Assembly: GCF_000400465.1 (NCBI RefSeq)
Contig: NW_008806288.1
Location: 30,001 to 62,000, forward strand
DNA: 32,000 bases
Source of the DNA: Wallemia ichthyophaga EXF-994
Taxonomy: Eukaryota > Fungi > Basidiomycota
Direction of reading: 5' to 3'
The translations under genes and the position numbers were made by a program. The notes under the pieces were generated by a model, which worked only from the letters and a program-made list of their open reading frames with translations, was not told where the DNA came from and did no database searches. This document shows positions 1 through 8,273 of the stretch, one piece after another. Each line of letters starts with the position of its first letter. Positions within the stretch are counted from its first letter, which is position 1.

Positions 1-112
1 CAGGAAGGAGGAGAGAGATAAGGTGCGAGCTGAGCGAGAGCAGCGGCGGAAAGAGAGTGGCAGAGATAGCAGGTACACTCCGTACACCACCGACAATCAG
101 AGACGTAAATAA
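1..112 (+). CDS. 3' end of an unidentified gene truncated by the window edge (basic/charged C-terminus)
   Basis: Frame 2 is open from position 2 to TAA at 110-112: RKEERDKVRAEREQRRKESGRDSRYTPYTTDNQRRK*. Low-complexity charged tail, convergent on MRPL6. Family not recognisable. Confidence 0.55.
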   Translation, partial: RKEERDKVRAEREQRRKESGRDSRYTPYTTDNQRRK

Positions 113-140
113 CGTGCAATAGTGTGTATAATAGAACAAA

Positions 141-710
141 TCACCTCTTGTCTTTCCTCTGGATGGTTTCGTCATTGATAAAGATACCTTTACCGTTGTA
201 TGGCTCTGGTTTCCTCCAATGCCTAATAGCAGCTGCAAATGCAGTCACTTGGTGCTTATTTGAGCCTGTGAGTATTACCTTGTTAGTAGCAGGCGTCTCT
301 GCATTCACCCCGTCTGGGATCTGCATTATTACGGGATGGCTGAATCCCAATTTCAAGTGAATGTTCCTGCCCTCAATCGCAGCCCTATAACCAACACCGA
401 CAAGTCTAACATTTACTCTAAAGCCCTCAGTAACTCCAGTGATTGCGTTCTGGACAAGTGTACGAGTGAGTCCCCACATGGATCTCTGTAGCGGTATCTT
501 CCTATCCTCAACGGTAATCTTGATATCGCCCGATGATTGCTTTAACTGTATGAATGGCTTTATATCCACGCTCTCCTCGCCTAAGGGTCCCTTAACGCTA
601 AGTTTATCTAGACTGGAGGTAACCTGGGTGGATGAGGGAATAATTACTGGATTCTTGCCAACATGAGATAACTGCCTGCTGCTCGTCGACAGCGCTCTCC
701 TGAATATCAT
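141..710 (-). CDS. MRPL6: Mitochondrial 54S ribosomal protein uL6m (189 aa)
   Basis: Likely start is ATG at 710 (MIFRRALSTSSRQLSHVGK, presequence-like), inside the longer 141..1346 ORF. L6 motifs KGPLG, WGLTRTLVQNAITGVTEGF, LVGVGYRA, LKLGFSHP, RKPEPYNGKGI. No intron needed. Confidence 0.95.
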   Translation of the reverse strand: MIFRRALSTSSRQLSHVGKNPVIIPSSTQVTSSLDKLSVKGPLGEESVDIKPFIQLKQSSGDIKITVEDRKIPLQRSMWGLTRTLVQNAITGVTEGFRVNVRLVGVGYRAAIEGRNIHLKLGFSHPVIMQIPDGVNAETPATNKVILTGSNKHQVTAFAAAIRHWRKPEPYNGKGIFINDETIQRKDKR

Positions 711-779
711 TTTTGCGCCGTTTGTTGTACACTTGCAAGAGTCTTCTTGAACCACAACGGCGATAATCAAATTTATAAA

Positions 780-1664
780 ATGTTGCGCACTGTAAAGCCA
801 AAGAATGCAAGGGTTAAGAGAGCTATGAAAGAGCGGGAACCACACGCCCACGAGAATCCAAAGACGGCGCTCTTCATCAAAACACAGACAACGTCTGCTA
901 TACTCACTGAGGCGATGAGCGATCTTTACAGTCTCAAGAAACCACACGGCATTACTTTCAATAAGAAGAATCAGCTTCAGCCGTTTGAGGACAGCTCGAG
1001 CTTGGAGTTCTGGTCGAATAAGAACGACGCTTCTTTGCTTCTTGTTGGATCTCATCAGAAGAAGAGACCACATAATCTTATCTTTACGAGAACGTTTAAC
1101 TATCAGTTGTTCGATATGTTGGAAATGGGTGTCGAGAATTTCAAATCGATGAAAAGTTTCAACATTAATAACCAAGTAAACGTTGGTATGAAACCGCTGT
1201 TCAACTTTACGGGTGAGTTGTTTGATACTCACCCAAAGTACCAGCAGTTCAAGAATGTCATGCTTGATTTCTTCAGAGGCGAGACAATTTCTTCCATCTC
1301 TCTCGCTGGTTTGTCGCATGTGATTAGCTGTACTGTCGGCGAGCAAGCCAATGAAGAGGATACACCGCCTGTGCAGTTCAGAGTATATTCGATTCAGTTA
1401 TTGAAGAGCGGTACGCGGACACCGCGTGTAGAGTTAGTCGAGATGGGTCCATCGATGGATCTCACGCCTAGGAGAACCCAAGAACCAGATTCATCACTCG
1501 AGAAGGAGGCATACAGGAAACCTAAGCCGGTCAATGTTCCTAAGAAGAGGAAGAACGTTGAGGTGGACGAGATGGGTGACAAAGTTGGCAGAATACACAT
1601 GGAGAAGCAAGACTTGTCTAAGCTACAGACTAGAAAGGTCAGAGCACTCAAGGCTGACGATTAG
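780..1664 (+). CDS. RPF2: Ribosome biogenesis Brix-domain protein Rpf2 (294 aa)
   Basis: ATG at 780 gives MLRTVKPKNARVKRAMKEREP. Typical Rpf2 segments PFEDSSSLEFWSNKNDASL, SHQKKRPHNL, PRVELVEMGPSMD, KVGRIHMEKQDLSKLQTRK. Confidence 0.95.
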   Translation: MLRTVKPKNARVKRAMKEREPHAHENPKTALFIKTQTTSAILTEAMSDLYSLKKPHGITFNKKNQLQPFEDSSSLEFWSNKNDASLLLVGSHQKKRPHNLIFTRTFNYQLFDMLEMGVENFKSMKSFNINNQVNVGMKPLFNFTGELFDTHPKYQQFKNVMLDFFRGETISSISLAGLSHVISCTVGEQANEEDTPPVQFRVYSIQLLKSGTRTPRVELVEMGPSMDLTPRRTQEPDSSLEKEAYRKPKPVNVPKKRKNVEVDEMGDKVGRIHMEKQDLSKLQTRKVRALKADD

Positions 1665-1707
1665 GATAGACGATAATTCATATTTTTTGCTACACTTTAT
1701 AAATAAC

Positions 1708-2720
1708 TTATTCTGATATGCTGTATGTGCTATGACACGACCACAACCCCGTGTAAGATGCTTTCCATACGCTAGCTTTAGCGTTATCGCCTGAGGAAGT
1801 GAGTACGGTACTTGGGTAAGGTTAGCCGTGTGTTCTAAGAGCAAGACAAGGTGCACGCACCCAAACAGGTTCCATGAGAGACTGGCTACAACGCCGCCGT
1901 GTTCCAACTCTGCGACGAGATGACTGGTGAAGACTGGTGCGCTGCCGTCGTCCGAGTGACTGAGAGAGAGTTTGAATATCCTCACCAATCCATCGCGCGC
2001 ACCGGCAGCGACATTCCAATATCCGCGCTGGCAACCCGGTGACCAGGCGACGCTACACAGAGGCTGCTGCGTGAGACAATCCAACTGATGCGCAATACCT
2101 GGTCTGTTGGTGGTGGAGTAGGAGATGATATCGACTGCATTCGTACATCCAGCCACTACGCCCACCAAGCCACTGTACTCTTTATCGGGACACACGCTAA
2201 TAGTGTGGGTGGGTGTGCTCGGGGTGCTTGAGTTGAGTGTGGAATGCATTTGCGCTGAAGTGACATGAATGGTATGCAAACACGACCAAGTCGTCGGATC
2301 AGCAGGGATTGTTGCTTGGTATATCCGCATGAAGCCGTCAGTAGAAATACACAGCAATTGCAAAGCGCTAGGGCTACAGAACGACAGTGCGCTGATGGGG
2401 GTTTTACTCTCGGTGAATTTGGCAATCATGCGCTGATTCCTAGGTACATTCTGACGCATTTCCCATACTTTCACCGTACGGTCTGTTGAACTACTCGCGA
2501 GGAGTGTGCCGTAGGAAGGGTGGGAGTAGGAGAGAGAGGTGATGCGACCATCATGCGCTTGCTCGAGACGCTGCTCCGTATCTTCAATCCATCCGTTGTC
2601 AGCGTTGCGACGGTGCGTCGAAATGCGTCCGTCGTTCGATCCCGTAGACATGCACTCGGAATAGTAGTCGTAGCTCTGCGCTGTCACGCTCGTTTCTGCG
2701 GCGTATATCGAGCTTTGCAT
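1708..2720 (-). CDS. SEH1: WD40 nucleoporin / GATOR2-SEA subunit Seh1 (320 aa)
   Basis: Exons 2720-1861 and 1810-1708. 50-nt intron GTGCGT..GCTAAC..AAG restores SWNLFG|TVLTSSGDNAKASVWKA. WD repeats AHDGRITSLSYSHPSYGTLLASSSTDRTVKVWE, SVAWSP. The Seh1 versus Sec13 call rests on length and N-terminus. Confidence 0.85.
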
Positions 2721-3910
2721 TCTGCGTCGTCTGTAGACCGCCTCGTCTTGGTGGTTGAGGTTAGAGAGACCAAGTGATGATAGCAAACCTACTATGAGTG
2801 ACGCCAAAGCGGACTTAGAACGGACTGCCAGGTCTTATTGAAGGTTAGAGAGAGTCGAACGAGTGAGATAAAGGCTACTGGGAGTAGCGCAGACTATTAA
2901 CAGGGAGAGGGTTTTACCCGCCTTGCTATGTCCCCCAAGACGCCGAAACGCTAGGAGAAGAGGAAAGGATTGTGGACCGCTTAAATACCGCGGCGGCGGC
3001 GGAGAATCACGTGACTCGCGCCTTGTGTTTGTTATGTTTCACGAACCCGGCTACCATCGTTCCTAGTCACGCGGCTATCGGCGTACAAACATTTGCTTCG
3101 CTGCTTAACCTCAAAGCTTTCGGCGCATTCAGTACTACGTCTTCTCTCCTCCGCCTTGGATGCATTTATTGATCATTTTTATTTTATTTTTCACCTCCCC
3201 TTGCTAGGGTTATCGTGTACAAAAAGCTGAACAGCGCCATTCCTTTCTTCTTGTGCGGCGCTTCTCTAATTTTCCCCGAGTCATTGCTTTCTGGCACTAC
3301 GGTACCCAGTACTATGCCATGAAAGTGTCGCAGAGGAGCCAGAACAACGGAAGGCTATCTTAGCGCACAGTCGCCCAGGTGCTTGCTACACCAGTCGACG
3401 TGCCGGAAAGCCCAACATATCTTGTATAGAATGTCTATGGATTTTATTGGCGTGGAGAAGGTATTAGTGTGTTTGGCTTGCGTGTTGTCGGGAAGTATGC
3501 TGTAATTTTGAGGACAGGGAAATTATTGAGCATTGAAGCAAATGGCAAAGTGTGAATTGAAATATAATCGATATGAAAGTTCATTTTGTTTATGTTGTTC
3601 TTTGCCTTTGCTGTATGCGACTGGAGTACTTCACATTATAGACCAGTTTTATGGGATATTCAACATGTTAGCTGTCTCACGTCCACATTAGCCGTCCTCC
3701 ATGAGGCTGCTCTTGAAATGCTCAGCATCCCAAAGGCGAAAATATTCATCATATTCAGTGGGGAGAACCTTAGGCAATTAAACTTAAGGCTTAATATTTC
3801 ACGATTTCGGGCCTCTTTGAAGAATTTCATCCATTTCAAGCCTGTCAATCCTTCCATACTAAATGCGAGACAAACACTAAAATTCCAAACTAAACAGACG
3901 CGGGAATACG

Positions 3911-3918
3911 TATAAATA
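3911..3918 (+). promoter_or_regulatory. TATA box of the hydrophobin gene
   Basis: TATAAATA 60 nt upstream of the hydrophobin ATG (3971). Confidence 0.55.
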
Positions 3919-3970
3919 GCAGACTTGATGTCCTTCAAACCGTATACACAACTGTATCAGCTAAATTAAA

Positions 3971-4346
3971 ATGGTCAACTCATTCCAAATCGCCTCTATC
4001 GCTGCCGTCGCCGCCACCGCATTCGCTTACAAGTCTGAAAAGTACAACGTTGGGAGCTGTGAGTCGAAGTTGTTAGAGATTACATTTCATCTAACAAGAG
4101 ATAGGTAACACCGGCAAGATTCACTGCTGTAGTACTGACAAGGATGCACAAGAATCAACCGGCAAAAACGACGCCTTGATCTCGACTGGCGACATAATCT
4201 CACAACTCTCACTTAATTGCGATCAGATCCCACTTCTCATCGGGATAGCTATCGAGGATGAATGCAAGTCGACTCCATCATGCTGTGAAGATGCCAAAAG
4301 TGACTCACCAATTTCACTTACATGTAACCCACTCCCACTCATCTAA
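3971..4346 (+). CDS. Class I hydrophobin, secreted, acidic (109 aa); absent from the ORF track
   Basis: Exons 3971-4058 and 4105-4346. 46-nt intron GTGAGT..CTAAC..TAG. Protein MVNSFQIASIAAVAATAFAYKSEKYNVGSCNTGKIHCCSTDKDAQESTGKNDALISTGDIISQLSLNCDQIPLLIGIAIEDECKSTPSCCEDAKSDSPISLTCNPLPLI*. Signal peptide plus exactly 8 Cys spaced C-X6-CC-X29-C-X14-C-X5-CC-X12-C, the class I pattern. Confidence 0.93.
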
Positions 4347-4793
4347 GCGGATTATATTGGCTATTGGCTATACCATTCAACTGTAGATTTATATGTTATA
4401 TTACACCATGCACAGTGTTTTAGATTGACTCAGATCGTAAGCTGTGTTGATAGCTGAGACATTCAACGATTAAAATGTAACTGGCACAGCTGAGACAGAA
4501 TAATTTGTCGTTCATCAATCAATATTCATCGTTCATTTCAAGTTTTCAACGTAATTCAAATTCACTTCTCCGCGTGGAGCGTACAGAAGCAATGAAATAA
4601 TATTCTCAGCTGCAAATAATCTCAAAAGACCATCGACAGCTGTCAAAGTTGTACACAACCACAGTCATCTCATTTCCAAAGTTTCTGAGAGTAGCAATGG
4701 ACATCAAACGCGTAGATAGTTGATGGTAGATATACATATTATTATATTACAGCAGCATTTTCGAGATAAAGTTGCTCGTTTACTACGTCCATC

Positions 4794-5637
4794 ATGGCTG
4801 ATTACTGGTAAGGATGTGTGCTGAGGAGTTTAGAAGTCAGAAGCTAAGAAGGTATCAGGAAGTCAACACCCAAATACCACTGCAAGTACTGCGATATCAC
4901 TATAAACGATGACGCGTGAGTGTATTTTTGCTGTTTTGGCAATGACAACGAGAAGGTATCTAATTATTACCGACGCAGACCGGTACGCTAGTAAACAACA
5001 CAAAGAAGCACAATAACACTAACAAACCAAAAGTCACGCTCACAACACGAGAATGGACTGAAGCACAAGGGTAACAAGGACAGGTTTATTAGAAGTATTT
5101 ACAAGCGCTCAGAGCAGAATGAGCGAGACAGGGCATTTGAGGAACGTGAGTTACGTAGATTGGAGGGTGTAAGTGGAGGTCGCTGCGTGGTGTGATATGA
5201 TGACTGATATAATCCAGATTGGCGGTGCAGCCAGCACGAAAGAGACTGCAACAGGTTTGAAAACACCAGGGAATAAAACAACAAGCAGTCGAAAGGCTCA
5301 AGCGAGTAGAGACCCATATGCGAATTACACAACGGCGAAATCGCTGGGATATGAGGAGGCCGGGATGACGCAGGAACCGAGAGGAGTCCAAATTGGATTA
5401 GAAGGGAGCGTAGGTGGTTGGGAGGAAGTACCAAGTATTCCAAACGCGGCCGCAAATGAAAAGAATAAAAGGGGTAATTCATCACCTCCACCTCCGCCAC
5501 ACGAGAAATCGGATCAGGGGGAAATGGATTTGAATGCAACAAAGACGGCAAGCAGTGGAGAAATATACATACCAGGTAAAACTAACACGCAGAATACAAC
5601 AGAAGTGAAATTCAAGAAGAGAAAGACTAAAAAATAA
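4794..5637 (+). CDS. U1-C/matrin-type C2H2 zinc-finger spliceosome-associated protein (WBP4/FBP21-like N-terminus, 209 aa)
   Basis: Exons 4794-4807, 4859-4915, 4979-4982 (4 nt), 5034-5168, 5218-5637. Spliced N-terminus MADYWKSTPKYHCKYCDITINDDAPSRSQHENGLKHKGNKDRFIRSIYK has CxxC...HxxxxxH and resembles WBP4 MADYWKSQ. C-terminal FKKRK NLS-like tail. Confidence 0.85.
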
Positions 5638-5692
5638 AATTACTTAATCCGTTACCCTTTGGTTGATTTACTCACCACAGGTCTCTCTTCTA

Positions 5693-7336
5693 ATGACGAC
5701 CAAAATGGAAGAGGGGAACGATATAAATTATATCAATGTACCGTTCTACCAGCCCAATAAAGGAACATTGAATACCTCATTGACAATCTTGGTTGAGATT
5801 TTGTTCAACAGCCAAAGCCAGCCATCCACCAAGCAACTTCGAGTCGTTTTCGGAAATGTCGCAGTCGCTACAAAGGTTAAGCAATTGGATTATAAGGATT
5901 TATACGATTTGGGCTTGAATCCTGCCAATGTCAATGGAAACTTATGCGTCATTGCACAAGCCCCGCCTTTGGAACACACACAGTGGCTATCACATAGGGT
6001 ACCTTTGATTCTACAGGCTTTGGATAACTCAACTATTACCGACTCGATCGAATTCGGCTACTTTGATTACCTCTGTGAGTTATTCACACAGCATTAATTA
6101 CACCGCTTACCCGTTCCAGCTAACCCTTCAAATTCGAATTACAACTCTTTTATCTCCCCTCCTCAGTTTCACGACGACAATCCTCAGTCTTCTACCTCAT
6201 ATCAACCTTTCTCTCTCCCACAATCACCTTACCAGCCTTCACCTCAACATCCTGTTAAGATCGAGCAGCCACTTAGCCCCACCCTTGCACAAACGAAAAG
6301 CCCTGCTCTCGCTCAGCCTACTCAGCCTATTCCTCAATCTATTCAACAATCTCAGTCAATCCAACAGATACGACAACCACCTCCACCAACAACTGCTCCC
6401 ATGCCTCCACCTGTAGCTCCTCCAATACCTACGGGTGCAATGCAAGAACCTCCATTAGTTAGAACTTCCCAACTCCCTACTGGTCCCTCTGGTGAGAGTC
6501 TCAGCCCTGAAGCCAACAGAGCTACTCTGGTCTTTCACGGCAACTTGTTGGATATGGCTTCTTCGTGGACTCAAGAGGAATGGGAGAATAGACGTAGACT
6601 CGTTCAATTCTGGAGGAGGCAGGAAGGTCCCGTTGTTCATGCCACCTTCAGACCTATCACACAGGCTGAGTATAATCAAGATTCTGTTGTTATCAGTTGC
6701 ATTTTTAGAGAAGACAAAAATGAGTGCTTCGTCACTTCAGTTGATGCTATTTATTTATTAGAAGCGTTGGTCGGTATAAGATTTACTGTTGAAGAGAAAA
6801 ACAGAATCAGAAGGAATCTTGAGGGATTCAAACCAATTACTGTATCAAAGACCAAGGCTGAATCTGAAGCTTTCTTCAAACTTATCATGAGCTTCCCTAA
6901 TCCGAAGCCAAGGAATATTGAAAAAGACGTCAAGGTATTCCCATGGTCCATCTTATCGGAGGCATTGAAGAAGATAATCAGCAAATATTCAGCTGATTAT
7001 AATAACGAGCTTGGTGCTATACAACATCAACAATTAGAATCTCCAGCGTCACAGCATTCACACAATCAATCATTTGATCAGATGTCTCCATCAAGTGCCA
7101 GACAATTTGACTTTTCACAGTTTGTCAAGCCAGAAGAAGAGGATGATGAGAATAGCTACAGTCAGCCACCTCACGCTGCGTATCTCAACAGCTTAAGAGA
7201 GGAGCCAACGACGAGTCCCCCAAGCGTTCCAAACATTCCACAGGGTGGTGTTGGAGGGAGCGTAGGCGATCTAGGAGGCATAGTAGGAAACAGTGGAGGC
7301 GTTGGTGCTGGACCGTCGTCTTGGGTGTACAAATGA
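5693..7336 (+). CDS. medA: Medusa/MedA-family (ACON-3/Ren1/Med1) developmental regulator (about 532 aa)
   Basis: Exons 5693-6074 and 6120-7336 (45-nt GTGAGT..CAG intron). Conserved MedA block VISCIFREDKNECFVTSVDAIYLLEALVGIRFTVEEKNRIRRNLEGFKPITVSKTK...PNPKPRNIEKDVKVFPW...KKIISKYSA, flanked by Q/P/S-rich regions. Start codon less certain. Confidence 0.85.
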
Positions 7337-7385
7337 GCAAGACAGTAAGCTGGCCTTTATATGTCTTGGAGACTGTCGCTCTAGA

Positions 7386-7407
7386 TTAAGCTATAGCTAT
7401 AGCTTAA
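7386..7407. repeat. Perfect 22-bp palindrome
   Basis: TTAAGCTATAGCTATAGCTTAA equals its own reverse complement. Lies about 50 nt after the medA stop. Confidence 0.9.
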
Positions 7408-7646
7408 CTTTTTCTCGCCTACTCGTCTTAACTTATTATTTAATCGACTTATAAAACAAATGTAAAATTACTGGAATGTTGCTTTGTTATTTATTTCTAT
7501 GTTATTATTATTATCTTTTAATTCATATTTTGTTTTCTTTGTTGGTTTTTAAACGTTTTTGTGTTAAACTTGGATTGTGTACATTGAGCCACAGTGACAG
7601 TCACAGCCATAGCAGAGAAATCAAACTACTACACACACAAACACAC

Positions 7647-8135
7647 ATGTCCATATCAAATCCATTTATCAGGGCCCCGTCTAGTGACTTGAACCCATCT
7701 GCTCTCCTATCCAACACAGCTGTACGCCCTCAGACAGCAGAGGAGATGTACGGTGCACCTGAGAATTTCCTCGAGATTGAAGTGTGTAATCCAATAACGC
7801 ATAGCTCCGGCAGATCCAAGTACACAACGTATGATATACACCTAGCCACCAATATACCTGCATTCAAACTCAAGAACTCTGTTGTTAGGCGTCGTTATTC
7901 AGATTTTGAGGTTTTCAGGGATATCCTCGAAAGAGAGAGCTCGAGGGTGAATGTACCTGCTTTGCCAGGTAAGGTGTTCACTAACAGGTTCACTGATGAA
8001 GTTATACAAACACGCAGAGAGGGTCTCGAGAGGTTTGTACAGATCGTTGCAGGCCACCCTCTTCTTCAGACAGGCTCTAAAGTGCTCTGCGCCTTCTTAC
8101 AGGATCCTAGTTGGGACCGTACTCAGTGGATCTGA
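7647..8135 (+). CDS. SNX3: Sorting nexin-3 (PX domain, 162 aa)
   Basis: ATG at 7647. [61 protein letters not shown] are Snx3/Grd19 hallmarks. Confidence 0.95.
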   Translation: MSISNPFIRAPSSDLNPSALLSNTAVRPQTAEEMYGAPENFLEIEVCNPITHSSGRSKYTTYDIHLATNIPAFKLKNSVVRRRYSDFEVFRDILERESSRVNVPALPGKVFTNRFTDEVIQTRREGLERFVQIVAGHPLLQTGSKVLCAFLQDPSWDRTQWI

Positions 8136-8273
8136 TCTTGTCCTATCTCACGCTCTGCCAATACCCTCCAAATCAAACGTTCACGTTTTACTCTTGATAG
8201 TATGATAGTTTTCTAGTATTCTATATATTAAATGCATCTCGAAAATATCCTTTTATGTCTTTTATCTCATGTC

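Noticed and set aside
711-1346. N-terminal 212 aa of the 401-aa minus-strand ORF 141..1346
   Set aside because: It is the antisense shadow of RPF2 in frame with MRPL6. L6 similarity and the presequence begin only at ATG 710.
2775-2781. GTGATGA as a C/D snoRNA box C
   Set aside because: No downstream CTGA box D at a suitable distance and no terminal stem. It lies in the SEH1 5' region.
3205-3212. TAGGGTTA (UAACCCUA on the minus strand) as a telomerase RNA template
   Set aside because: An 8-mer is expected about once by chance in this window. I found no U-rich pseudoknot or CR4/5-like element 3' of it on the minus strand.
3586-3938. Overlapping ORFs 3586..3915 (+) and 3660..3938 (-)
   Set aside because: No recognisable domain, mutually overlapping, AT-rich, and they occupy the hydrophobin promoter.
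5089-5551. Minus-strand ORFs of 100 and 150 aa
   Set aside because: Antisense shadows of the spliced zinc-finger gene, with no motif.
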